Positions 18,757 through 28,430 of a stretch of 64,000 nt of DNA are shown here, in pieces (the first letter of the stretch is position 1; each line of letters starts with the position of its first letter). Origin of the DNA: Bacteroidota bacterium (GTDB lineage: Bacteria; Bacteroidota; Bacteroidia; 2-12-FULL-35-15); contig CANIFU010000003.1 in the NCBI GenBank assembly GCA_947466965.1, positions 23,151 to 87,150 of the forward strand, in the 5' to 3' direction. The position numbers were made by a program, and so were the translations under genes. A model generated the notes under the pieces. It was not told the DNA's origin. It saw only the letters and a program-made list of their open reading frames with translations, and did not search any database.

Positions 18757-21468
18757 TTGTACATGAAAATCAAAATAGGAATTATTTTTGGCGGTTTTTC
18801 TAAAGAACGTGAAATATCTTTTGCTGGTGGACGTACGGTTTATGATAATCTCAATAAATCATTGTTTGAAGCAGTTCCAGTGTTTGTGGATAGTTTTGGA
18901 AATTTTGTTTTGCTAAACTGGGAATTCGTTTATAAAGGCAGTATCCGTGATTTTTATCCTCCAGCAGAATTTATCCCTAATAAAGATGGGGATTTTCAAA
19001 TTTATGCCGAGCAAATTGGAAAATTATCTGATAAACAGCAGCTTGAACTCATCAATAAAATTGGTAGTAAGCTAGAACCGAATACTTTAAAATCACATTT
19101 TGATTTTGCTTTTTTATGCTTACATGGTGCTTTTGGTGAAGATGGAAAGATTCAAGGTTTGTTAGAATATTTGGGAATCCCTTATTCCGGATCCGGTATC
19201 TTACCTTCGGCAATAGGTATCGATAAAAGTGTTCAAAAACGATTGATGGTGAATGCAGGATTTAATAGCCCTAATTATTTTACTATTGAAAGGGCAAGTT
19301 GGATGAATGGAACTCTTAAAAATATATTTGAAAAAGCAAAAAAAGAAATAGGTCTTCCCTTGGTTATTAAACCTGCTAATCAAGGTTCTTCCATTGGTAT
19401 AAGTATTTTGCATGAAGATGATAATTTAAAATTTATGGAGGCTGTTGAAAAAGCCTTTTTTACTAAATGGCAAGATGCATCCGAATGGAAAAAATTATCT
19501 GCTGCTGAAAAAAATAACTTTGTGAGAACCCTTGCCGATATCCGTGAAGGTATTGGTATGCCTATAAATGTATCAACTTCAAATTTTAAAATAAAGCATG
19601 TTGTATATCATCCTCAGGATTTGATAATTTACTTAGATGAAATTTTTGAAACAGAAAAAGAGGGTGCTGTTTTTGAAGCCTTGGATGGTGAAAGTAAAGT
19701 GTTAATCGAAGGTTTTATTGAGGGAAAAGAATTCTCTTGTATAGTTGCACAAGATGAAAATGGAAAAGCTATTGCTCTTCCTCCAACCGAAATCCGTAAA
19801 GGAAAAGAATTGTTTGATTACCGTTCAAAATACTTACCTGGTCTTTCCAGAAAAATCACACCAATTGATTTGCCAAATGAGCAAATTCAAGCTATTCGAA
19901 AAGAATGTGAACGTTTGTTCTATGCCTTGAGTTTTGATGTATATGCCCGCATCGATGGATTCATATCAACTGAAGGAAAGGTATTTTTAAACGATCCGAA
20001 TACTACTTCAGGTATGATGCCTTCTTCTTTTTTCTTTCATCAGGCGGCAGAAATTGGTTTAAATCCGTCTCAATTTCTTACTTATATTATCCGTACTTCA
20101 TTGGCTCAACGTTTAATCGCAACTAAAAATAGTGGTGTATTTGATTCTTTATTAACTAAATTGGATGCTGCTATTCAGTCGGATCAAAACGCTATAACCA
20201 ATAAAATTAAAGTTGCAGTGATTCTTGGGGGATATTCTTCCGAGCGTCATATTTCTGTTGAAAGTGGAAGAAATATTTACGAAAAATTAGCTTCTTCATC
20301 CAAATATGAGCCTATTCCCGTTTTTCTAACTGGCAATAATGATGAACATCTGATGTATCAGATTCCTGTAAATGTTTTATTGAAAGACAATGCCGATGAT
20401 ATAAAAGATAAAATCAATCATTATAAAATTCATGATCTTGTCAAAGATATTATTACTGAGTGTAATCCTATCACTTCTAAATATTCAAATAAAGACAATC
20501 TAGCAAAACCCAAACAAATTACATACGAAGATTTAGGAAAGATGGTGGATTGTGTTTTTATCGCTCTTCACGGTCGTCCAGGCGAAGATGGCGCTGTTCA
20601 GGCCAATTTGGAAAAAGTAGGCTTGCCTTATAATGGCTCTGGTGTAGATAGTTCTCAAATTACAATCGATAAATATCGTACCAATGAAATTCTGAAGCAA
20701 AATGGATTTCTTGTTGCAGATCATTTACTTGTTTCTGAAGCCGAATGGACTTCAGATTATTTGAATGTATTGAAAAGGATCAAAGATGAAATTCAATATC
20801 CTTTTATTGCAAAGCCGGTGGATGACGGATGTTCTTCCGCAGTAAAAAAAATAAAAACACCTGAAGAGTTTGAAGCTTTTGCAACGTTGATTTTCCGTAA
20901 ATCGGAAACATTAGATCCTGCTGCTGCCAAAGTGTTACATATCAAAGAAAAAGAGGAGTTTCCTCAAAAGCAGTATATTCTGGTTGAAGAGTTAATTTCA
21001 AAAAGAGATGCAGTACATTTTTTAGAAGTAACAGGGGGTATGCTAACGAACTACGATGCAAACAATAATGTTTCCTACGAAGTTTTTGAAGCATCTGAGG
21101 CATTGAGTGAAGGGGAGGTTTTATCATTAGAAGAAAAATTTTTAGCTGGACAAGGCCAAAATATCACTCCTGCGCGTTACTCCCTTGATGCGGAAGTGCG
21201 TCAGCAAATTTCTGATCAGGTGAAACTTACCTTGGGTGCTGCTGCCAAATTATTAAATATTAACGGGTATACTCGGATTGATGCCTTCGTTAGAATCTAT
21301 AGTGTGAATAGGGTAGAAGTAGTATTTGTAGAAGTAAATTCATTGCCTGGCATGACGCCAGCAACTTGTATCTTTCACCAAACGGCTATTAATGGTTATA
21401 AACCGTATGATTTTATTGATCGTATTTTAGATTTTGCTTTTCAAAAACGAAAAATATTGCTAAACTGA
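18757..21468 (+). CDS. ddl: Tandem (two-module) D-alanine--D-alanine ligase
   Basis: Two full Ddl motif sets: GGFSKEREIS/LHGAFGEDG/KPANQGSSIG/RID and GGYSSERHIS/LHGRPGEDG/KPVDDGCSS/RID/EVNSLPGMT. Start is probably ATG 18763. Confidence 0.9.
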   Translation: MYMKIKIGIIFGGFSKEREISFAGGRTVYDNLNKSLFEAVPVFVDSFGNFVLLNWEFVYKGSIRDFYPPAEFIPNKDGDFQIYAEQIGKLSDKQQLELINKIGSKLEPNTLKSHFDFAFLCLHGAFGEDGKIQGLLEYLGIPYSGSGILPSAIGIDKSVQKRLMVNAGFNSPNYFTIERASWMNGTLKNIFEKAKKEIGLPLVIKPANQGSSIGISILHEDDNLKFMEAVEKAFFTKWQDASEWKKLSAAEKNNFVRTLADIREGIGMPINVSTSNFKIKHVVYHPQDLIIYLDEIFETEKEGAVFEALDGESKVLIEGFIEGKEFSCIVAQDENGKAIALPPTEIRKGKELFDYRSKYLPGLSRKITPIDLPNEQIQAIRKECERLFYALSFDVYARIDGFISTEGKVFLNDPNTTSGMMPSSFFFHQAAEIGLNPSQFLTYIIRTSLAQRLIATKNSGVFDSLLTKLDAAIQSDQNAITNKIKVAVILGGYSSERHISVESGRNIYEKLASSSKYEPIPVFLTGNNDEHLMYQIPVNVLLKDNADDIKDKINHYKIHDLVKDIITECNPITSKYSNKDNLAKPKQITYEDLGKMVDCVFIALHGRPGEDGAVQANLEKVGLPYNGSGVDSSQITIDKYRTNEILKQNGFLVADHLLVSEAEWTSDYLNVLKRIKDEIQYPFIAKPVDDGCSSAVKKIKTPEEFEAFATLIFRKSETLDPAAAKVLHIKEKEEFPQKQYILVEELISKRDAVHFLEVTGGMLTNYDANNNVSYEVFEASEALSEGEVLSLEEKFLAGQGQNITPARYSLDAEVRQQISDQVKLTLGAAAKLLNINGYTRIDAFVRIYSVNRVEVVFVEVNSLPGMTPATCIFHQTAINGYKPYDFIDRILDFAFQKRKILLN

Positions 21469-21607
21469 TTTTGCCCGAAAGTCATTTACCGAAATAGTTT
21501 TTTCAGTTGCCTTTAGTCTATAAATATTGAATTTTATGGCATAAAAAGCAATTATTTACTATTTCTTTCGTTTCCTTAAAATTCGTACATTCGTAAACTA
21601 AATCCGA

Positions 21608-22453
21608 ATGCCATTAGTTATGTTCAAAGAACTATTACAATTCATAAAAAGTAAAACATTCTTAATTCATCTGTCCATTTACTTGGTATCTGTTTTTTTG
21701 ATATGCTGGTTGATTATTTCTTGGTTAGGCAGAACTACAAATCATAATGAAACAGTTGTAGTTCCTGATTTTTCAGGTATCAGCATCAAGGAATTAGATC
21801 AGTTTGTTGCGGATAAAAATTTGCGCTATCTTGTAATCGATTCCTTGTATGATCTGAAAGCTAAAAAAGGAGTGGTTGTTAAACAAGAGCCTGAAGCAAA
21901 TGCCGAAGTGAAGGAAGGAAGAACCATTTATTTATATGTTACTTCCGTTTTGCCACCAAGTATTCAAATGCCTAAGTTGGTTGATCGCTCATTGAGACAA
22001 GCCGCTGCAATGATTACAACCTTTGGATTAAGGTTGGGTAAAACCAAGTTTGTAGCTGACCAATGTGCTAATTGTGTATTGGAACAACTGGTAAAAGGGA
22101 GAAAAATTGCCGCAGGTGAAAAAATTGAAAAAGGAACGATTATCGATTTAATTGTTGGTAAAGGACTTAGTGAAGAAGAAATTGACGTTCCTTGCTTATA
22201 CGGACTAACACGTAAAGAAGCACTCTTAAAACTGACGGAAGCTTCATTGAGTATTGGAGCAGTAAGTTTTGATTTTGCAAAAGATTCGGTTAATGGAAAA
22301 GTATATCGTCAAATTCCAAATTGTAGTAAGGATACAAAAATTAATATGGGAGGAACAATCGATTTATATTTTACAAATGATAAAAATAAATTGTCTTCTG
22401 TACCTGATACTTCAAGTGTAAAAAATAATGATGATGAAAATTTTGATGAATAA
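21608..22453 (+). CDS. Membrane-anchored PASTA-domain protein (three PASTA repeats, no kinase domain)
   Basis: One N-terminal TM helix; repeats begin VPDFSG, MPKLVD, VPCLYG with V..Q.P motifs; located after ddl. Confidence 0.85.
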   Translation: MPLVMFKELLQFIKSKTFLIHLSIYLVSVFLICWLIISWLGRTTNHNETVVVPDFSGISIKELDQFVADKNLRYLVIDSLYDLKAKKGVVVKQEPEANAEVKEGRTIYLYVTSVLPPSIQMPKLVDRSLRQAAAMITTFGLRLGKTKFVADQCANCVLEQLVKGRKIAAGEKIEKGTIIDLIVGKGLSEEEIDVPCLYGLTRKEALLKLTEASLSIGAVSFDFAKDSVNGKVYRQIPNCSKDTKINMGGTIDLYFTNDKNKLSSVPDTSSVKNNDDENFDE

Positions 22454-24299
22454 AATACTAGTGGTTGTTTGTGTTTTGTTTTATTCAACCCTCAGTTTTT
22501 CCCAGGGTTTGGTAGAAAATGAATTAAGCACGAATCCTAGTATTATCAGTAAATATAATCAACTTAAAGTTTCATATAAAGCCGCATCGATATACGATAC
22601 ATTGCGCTTGGGTGTTAAAGGTATCTTAGACGACTTTTCTGCCGAAGGACCATATCCCGATACTTCGTTATGGTTGGATAATAAAGTATTTATTAACCGC
22701 GATTTTGCAAAAGCACCAATTACCCTTGGAGTAGCAACGTTTGAAGGATTAGATTATAATGGTTATCCCTACGATTTCACAGCAGGATCAACAAGTTCTG
22801 CTGTTGCTGATTTTTTGACATCTAAGCCTATTCATCTTAATAATCTTTTAAGTGATTCAATTTATTTGAGCTTTTATTATCAACCTCAAGGCAATGGCAA
22901 TGCTCCTGAATATCCGGACTCCTTGGTTGTGCAATTTAAGAATGGAACATTGGGCTGGAAAAATGTTTGGGCCAAAAGAGGAAGTACACTTACTTCTAAT
23001 GATAGTTCATGGTCATTAGCGATGATTCCAATTAACGATACCGCTTATTTGAAAGATGGTTTTCAATTCAGGTTTTATAATCGTGCAACCATAAGTGGGA
23101 ATACGGATCATTGGAATATTGATTATGTTTATTTGAATAAAACCAGAAATATAAATGATACCACTTTTGAAGATGTAACCTTTGTTTATAATACTCCTTC
23201 GTTGTTAAATACCTATTCTGCAATGCCCTGGAAGCAATACAGTGCATCAGATATGAAACTGAATTATAATACATCCATACGTAATAATCATACTGTTACA
23301 AAAAATGGAAGCTTTATTTATAAAATATTTAATGATCTTGGTGTTCAGGTGAATACTACTTATTCCGGTGGTAGTTTTAATATCGACCCGTTTTCTTCAA
23401 GTGGCTATATGAATTATGCGGCATTCACCAATCCAGCACTTAATTTTACAATACCAATTCTTACAGCAGCCTCTCGGTATTCAATAGAAAGTACAATCTC
23501 TTCTACTCCTGATAATGATCGTGGTAATGATACAGTACGTTTTGTTCAAGACCTTACCAACTACTTTTCTTATGACGATGGTACAGCTGAAAATTCATTT
23601 GGACTGAGCACACTTTATGCCCAACTTGCTGAGAAATTTACATTAAATATTGCCGATTCATTGCAATATATTGATATTTATTTTAATCCGTTTTTAATAA
23701 ATTCATCCATCTATTCTTTTAATATACATGTATGGACCGATGGAGGTGGAGTGCCGGGAACTGCCATATATATAAGTGCTTTACCCGATAGTCCTGAATA
23801 CGGAATGGTGATGCCAAATCAATTTATCCGTTATAAGTTAGATGCACCTTTGTATTTGAATCCCGGAACATTTTATGTTGGTTTCAAGCAAAATACAAAT
23901 CAGTTTTTAAATGTTGGAGTGGATAAAAATACGAATACCCAATCAAAAATATTTTACAATGTTACAGGCTCTTGGAATGCTTCTCCCTTTGTAGGTTCGT
24001 TAATGCTGCATCCTGTTTTTGGTTCTGCATCAGAGTTTACGGATATTTCTGAAGAAAGAAAATCCGAAAATATAGGAGTAGTTTATCCAAACCCCGCAAG
24101 CGATCAATTATTTATTGATGGTTTTTCCGACACACAAAAAATCAGTTTTACTATTTTTGATTTGTTGGGTAACGTTGTAATTCATAATTCAGTTTATGAC
24201 AATTTTATTGATATTTCAAATTTAGGAAGTGGCGTATATTTTATTCAAATGAATGACGAAGAAAATAGTTCTACACTTAAATTTATTAAACTAAAATAA
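22446..24299 (+). CDS. Secreted protein with T9SS type A C-terminal sorting domain
   Basis: Signal peptide MNKILVVVCVLFYSTLSFSQ; CTD VYPNPASDQL...IFDLLG...IDISNLGSGVYFIQ...KFIK; overlaps the PASTA gene stop. Confidence 0.85.
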   Translation: MNKILVVVCVLFYSTLSFSQGLVENELSTNPSIISKYNQLKVSYKAASIYDTLRLGVKGILDDFSAEGPYPDTSLWLDNKVFINRDFAKAPITLGVATFEGLDYNGYPYDFTAGSTSSAVADFLTSKPIHLNNLLSDSIYLSFYYQPQGNGNAPEYPDSLVVQFKNGTLGWKNVWAKRGSTLTSNDSSWSLAMIPINDTAYLKDGFQFRFYNRATISGNTDHWNIDYVYLNKTRNINDTTFEDVTFVYNTPSLLNTYSAMPWKQYSASDMKLNYNTSIRNNHTVTKNGSFIYKIFNDLGVQVNTTYSGGSFNIDPFSSSGYMNYAAFTNPALNFTIPILTAASRYSIESTISSTPDNDRGNDTVRFVQDLTNYFSYDDGTAENSFGLSTLYAQLAEKFTLNIADSLQYIDIYFNPFLINSSIYSFNIHVWTDGGGVPGTAIYISALPDSPEYGMVMPNQFIRYKLDAPLYLNPGTFYVGFKQNTNQFLNVGVDKNTNTQSKIFYNVTGSWNASPFVGSLMLHPVFGSASEFTDISEERKSENIGVVYPNPASDQLFIDGFSDTQKISFTIFDLLGNVVIHNSVYDNFIDISNLGSGVYFIQMNDEENSSTLKFIKLK

Positions 24300-24319
24300 G
24301 TTAATTAATTATTATCCTG

Positions 24320-25411
24320 ATGAACGAAGAAGAAATTGAAGTTGAAGATGATGGTGATGATCAGGAATTATTTGAGCACCTCCGCATAGTTGTCGATAAA
24401 GGTCAAGGCCTTTTACGCATTGATAAATTTATTATGAACCGTACAGAAAATGCTACGCGTTCAAAAATTCAACAAGCAGCCGAAAGTGGTAATATTCTGG
24501 TGAATGAGAAGCCGGTAAAGTCAAACTATAAAGTGAAACCGTTTGATGTTATTACGGTTGTATTTGCTCATCCTCCCCGAGAGATTGAGTTGATTGCTCA
24601 AAATATTCCTTTACAAATTGTATTTGAGGATGATGATTTAATTATAATCAATAAAGATCCAGGTATGGTTGTTCATCCCGGCTACGGTAATTATTCTGGA
24701 ACCTTGGTCAATGCGTTGGTTTATCATTTTCAGCAATTACCAACTAGTAATTATGCAGCCACCACTAAGGCCACAAAAAAATCCAAAGAACAAGCGTTGC
24801 TTCGTCCGGGATTAGTTCATCGAATCGACAAAAATACCAGCGGGATCATGGTTGTTGCAAAAAGTGAAACCGCAATGGTTAAATTAGCAAAAGATTTCTT
24901 TGACAGAAACCTTGATAGAATATATTACGCCTTAGTTTGGGGCGATTTTAAAGAGGACGAAGGAACAATCACTGGAAATATTGGCAGACATTTAAAAGAC
25001 AGAAAAAAAATGGATGTTTTTCCTCCCGATAGTGAAGAAGGAAAGCATGCCGTTACGCATTATAAAGTTCTTGAACGATTTGGCTATGTAACATTGATAC
25101 AATGTAAGTTAGAAACTGGCCGAACGCACCAGATTCGCGCACATTTACAGCACATAGGACACTCCTTATTTAATGATGAAACGTATGGTGGAAATCGTAT
25201 TTTAAAAGGTACAACATTTGCAAAATACAAGCAGTTTGTAGACAATTGCTTTGATATGTTACCGCGTCATGCATTACATGCAAAATCATTAGGTTTTAAT
25301 CATCCTTTAAGTGGTAAGTATGTTCATTTCGATTCTGAATTGCCTGATGATATGCAATCCGTTATTAACAAATGGAGAGGTTATTCTGTTTCGATGGCTT
25401 TGGAAGAGTAG
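24320..25411 (+). CDS. rluD: RluA-family 23S rRNA pseudouridine synthase (RluD-like)
   Basis: S4 domain (RIDKF), NKDPGMVVHP, catalytic HRIDKNTSG, LETGRTHQIRAH, HALHA. Confidence 0.92.
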   Translation: MNEEEIEVEDDGDDQELFEHLRIVVDKGQGLLRIDKFIMNRTENATRSKIQQAAESGNILVNEKPVKSNYKVKPFDVITVVFAHPPREIELIAQNIPLQIVFEDDDLIIINKDPGMVVHPGYGNYSGTLVNALVYHFQQLPTSNYAATTKATKKSKEQALLRPGLVHRIDKNTSGIMVVAKSETAMVKLAKDFFDRNLDRIYYALVWGDFKEDEGTITGNIGRHLKDRKKMDVFPPDSEEGKHAVTHYKVLERFGYVTLIQCKLETGRTHQIRAHLQHIGHSLFNDETYGGNRILKGTTFAKYKQFVDNCFDMLPRHALHAKSLGFNHPLSGKYVHFDSELPDDMQSVINKWRGYSVSMALEE

Positions 25412-25486
25412 TTTGATTTTTATATATCTTTTTTATAATTTAGTAGCTATGTTATCATTTAAGTTTAATAGTTAATCATTCAGATT

Positions 25487-26518
25487 ATGGAATTCTCTGC
25501 TCAACAAATTGCGGGTCTATTGCAAGGACAAATAGAAGGCGATGAAACAGTTAAAATAAGTAAATTATCTAAAATTGAAGAGGGAATTTCTGGTTCCATT
25601 TCTTTTTTAGCAAATCCCAAATACACCCAATATATTTATACTACTAAAGCATCTATAGTAATAGTAAGTAAAGAACTTGTTCTTACTTCAGCTGTTTCTG
25701 CAACGTTAATAAGGGTAGATAGTCCTGAAACCGCATTTTCAAAATTATTGGAAATGTATAATCAGGTAAAGCTTAATAAAACTGGAATTTCAAAGCATGC
25801 ATTTATTTCTGAAACGGCAACGGTTGGTTTAAATATCTATGCTGGTGAATTTGCAGTGATAAGCGATAATGTAAAAATCGGGAACAATGTAAAAATATAT
25901 CCTCAGGTTTTTATAGGAGAAAATGTAGTGATCGGTGATAATACAACACTTTTTGCAGGAGTAAAAATATATTCAGAAACACAAATTGGCAGCGATTGCA
26001 TCATCCATTCCGGTTCCGTGATTGGTAGCGATGGTTTTAGATTTAATCCTCAAAACGACAATCAAAAAATTCCTCAAATAGGAAACGTTATCATCGAAGA
26101 TAATGTTGAGATTGGAGCGAATTGCGCTATCGACAGAGCAACTTTAGGATCTACAATTTTACGAAAAGGTGTGAAATTTGACAACTTGATTCATATTGCT
26201 CATAATGTTGAAATTGGTGAAAATACATACATCGCAGCTCAAGGTGTTGTTGCTGGCTCAACAAAAATCGGTAAAAATTGTATGTTTAGTGGACAGGTTG
26301 GTATAGTAGGTCATCTCGATATCGCAGATCAGACAATCATTACGGCTCAATCAGGTATTTCAAAAAACATTACTAAAAAAGGGGAAGTTTACATGGGTTC
26401 TCCTGCTTTTGAAGCTGGTAAATACCGTAAAGCATATATTCATTTTCGTAATCTGGATGCAATTGTTCAACGCTTAGATAAAATTGAAAAACAAAGCAAG
26501 ATTGCCGAAAATAGTTAG
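25487..26518 (+). CDS. lpxD: UDP-3-O-acyl-glucosamine N-acyltransferase
   Basis: SFLANPKY, hexapeptide repeats, IGSDGF, IPQIGNVIIEDNVEIGANCAIDRA, KFDNLIHIAHNV. Confidence 0.93.
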   Translation: MEFSAQQIAGLLQGQIEGDETVKISKLSKIEEGISGSISFLANPKYTQYIYTTKASIVIVSKELVLTSAVSATLIRVDSPETAFSKLLEMYNQVKLNKTGISKHAFISETATVGLNIYAGEFAVISDNVKIGNNVKIYPQVFIGENVVIGDNTTLFAGVKIYSETQIGSDCIIHSGSVIGSDGFRFNPQNDNQKIPQIGNVIIEDNVEIGANCAIDRATLGSTILRKGVKFDNLIHIAHNVEIGENTYIAAQGVVAGSTKIGKNCMFSGQVGIVGHLDIADQTIITAQSGISKNITKKGEVYMGSPAFEAGKYRKAYIHFRNLDAIVQRLDKIEKQSKIAENS

Positions 26519-26552
26519 AATTTTTGCGCTCAATTAATACATAAGTTAATTT

Positions 26553-26588
26553 AAATTCGTCAGGCAGAATATGTCTGGCGAATTTTTT
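26553..26588. terminator. Probable bidirectional terminator between lpxD and the desaturase
   Basis: AAATTCGTCAGGCA-GAATA-TGTCTGGCGAATTT hairpin (with G-U pairs) followed by Ts, between convergent genes. Confidence 0.65.
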
Positions 26589-27573
26589 ATTTGGATGGAT
26601 TTATTTCAGACAATCCAATCATCCTATTTTGTTCAGAATCCCATAATTTAAGACGCAAACAAGAGATAATATCAGACAATTTAAAAGTTGTAACAGTTGC
26701 ATTCTGAAGTTCTGTAATACTTTTCATGGCTTCAGGTAAACGGTAAAAAGGGATTCTTGAGTTTAAATGATGAATATGGTGGTAGCCAATATTAGCAGTA
26801 ATCCATGTTAATACTGGATTCATTTTTAAAAAACTAGAAGAATCTAATGCTGCATTAGCATAAGTCCATTCTTCATTACCTTTGAATATTACTCCCGGAA
26901 ATGTATGTTGCGCATAAAACAAATAAGCACCAATCATATGTGAAATAAAAAAAGGTAAAAAGAATGCGAGAAACCATGTTAATGGACCAGCAAAAATAAA
27001 TAATGATACCGCAATTGAAACATGAATAATCAAAGTTGCCAACGAATCCCAATGTCTTTTCGGGCTACTAATAAAAGATTGAATGCACATACCGTATATG
27101 AACATCGTTACATAAGCAAAAATCATGTTAAAAGGGTGGCGAATTGCAAGGTATATGCGTCTCTCACTTTTTGTTGCTTCCATGAACTTTTGTTTTGTCA
27201 TAATTGGAAAAGACCCAATGTTTGCGCTAAATAGTTTCGCATTATTATTATGGTGAAAATCATGCGAGCGTTTCCAGATACTAGGAGGAGTTAACATGTA
27301 TATTCCATAAATTGTAAAGATGAAGTTTGCTATATAAGATTTTTGAAGAATGGAATGGTGTTGGTAATCATGAAAAATCATGAAGAAACGTGTTAAAAAT
27401 ATTGCACTGAATATACTGGAAATGATTTTACCGTATAAGGTGGGTATAAAATAAGTACCAACTAAGGATGCTATTAAAAAAATGAAGGCAGTAAGGGTAT
27501 AAAACCAACTTTTCCAACGAATTTCTTTAGCAAATGGTTTTGTAGCAAGAATAAGTTCTTTTCCTTGAAGCAT
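26587..27573 (-). CDS. Membrane fatty acid desaturase
   Basis: Three His boxes (HDYQHH, HDFHH, YHHIHH), IPFYRL and TM segments. Confidence 0.9.
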   Translation of the reverse strand: MLQGKELILATKPFAKEIRWKSWFYTLTAFIFLIASLVGTYFIPTLYGKIISSIFSAIFLTRFFMIFHDYQHHSILQKSYIANFIFTIYGIYMLTPPSIWKRSHDFHHNNNAKLFSANIGSFPIMTKQKFMEATKSERRIYLAIRHPFNMIFAYVTMFIYGMCIQSFISSPKRHWDSLATLIIHVSIAVSLFIFAGPLTWFLAFFLPFFISHMIGAYLFYAQHTFPGVIFKGNEEWTYANAALDSSSFLKMNPVLTWITANIGYHHIHHLNSRIPFYRLPEAMKSITELQNATVTTFKLSDIISCLRLKLWDSEQNRMIGLSEINPSK

Positions 27574-27578
27574 AAGTG

Positions 27579-27586
27579 CAAAGATA
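27579..27586 (-). promoter_or_regulatory. -7 box (TATCTTTG) 5 nt before the desaturase ATG
   Basis: Exact TAnnTTTG consensus. Confidence 0.55.
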
Positions 27587-27726
27587 ACAAGAATTTAGAA
27601 TAAAAAAATTAAAATAGTAAGCATTTATTTGTGTATTCCCTTGTTTTTAAGTTGATTAAGTTAAAGTATAAAATTTTAAAGTTGACTATTAAATTATAAG
27701 AATTTGAATGTATTCTTATCTTAAAT

Positions 27727-28383
27727 CTAATGTTTAAGTTTGTCATTAAACACTTTTTTAAATTTTTCTACTTTGGGCTGAATTACAAATTGACAATAGG
27801 ATTCTGAACCATTTTGATTAAAGTAATTTTGATGGTAATCTTCTGCTTTGTAAAATGGTCCAATCGGACTAATTTCAGTTACAATTGGTTTTTGAAAGGC
27901 CCCTGATTCATTGAGATCTTTTTTATATTTTTCTGCAAGTCTTTTTTGTTCTTCGTTGTGATAATATATAACAGATCTGTATTGTGTTCCAATATCATTT
28001 CCCTGTCTGTTTAACTGAGTTGGATCATGGGATTGCCAAAAGGCAGCTAATAGTTCATCAAATGAAATTTTAGATGAATCATATGTTATTTGACATACTT
28101 CTGCATGACCGGTTGTACCATTACATACTTCACGATAAGCCGGATTTTTTATTGTTCCTCCAGAAAATCCGGATGAAACGGAGTGAACACCCTCTAACAT
28201 TTGAAATTGTGCTTCTACACACCAAAAGCATCCTGCTCCGAAAGTTGCTGTATCCATAGTTGCAATTTTTGTATTTTCTGTTTGTATGATTTTTTTTTCA
28301 GACAGAAGTTGTTTATCTGTTTCATTCTGATTACAAGATGTGTTTACATTTGTAAGAAACAAAATTAGTATCAGTTTGTTCAT
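27727..28383 (-). CDS. msrA: Peptide methionine-S-sulfoxide reductase with N-terminal export/lipoprotein-like extension
   Basis: GAGCFWCVE, GTTGHAE, HDPTQLNRQGNDIGTQYRS, AEDYHQNY, YC resolving Cys. Confidence 0.93.
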   Translation of the reverse strand: MNKLILILFLTNVNTSCNQNETDKQLLSEKKIIQTENTKIATMDTATFGAGCFWCVEAQFQMLEGVHSVSSGFSGGTIKNPAYREVCNGTTGHAEVCQITYDSSKISFDELLAAFWQSHDPTQLNRQGNDIGTQYRSVIYYHNEEQKRLAEKYKKDLNESGAFQKPIVTEISPIGPFYKAEDYHQNYFNQNGSESYCQFVIQPKVEKFKKVFNDKLKH

Positions 28384-28404
28384 TCGTTGGTATGATTTAT
28401 AAAT

Positions 28405-28430
28405 AAAAAAAGAGGTACTTATCCTCTTTT
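28405..28430 (-). terminator. Intrinsic terminator
   Basis: Minus strand AAAAGAGG-ATAAGTA-CCTCTTTTTTT immediately after the 28429 stop. Confidence 0.6.
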
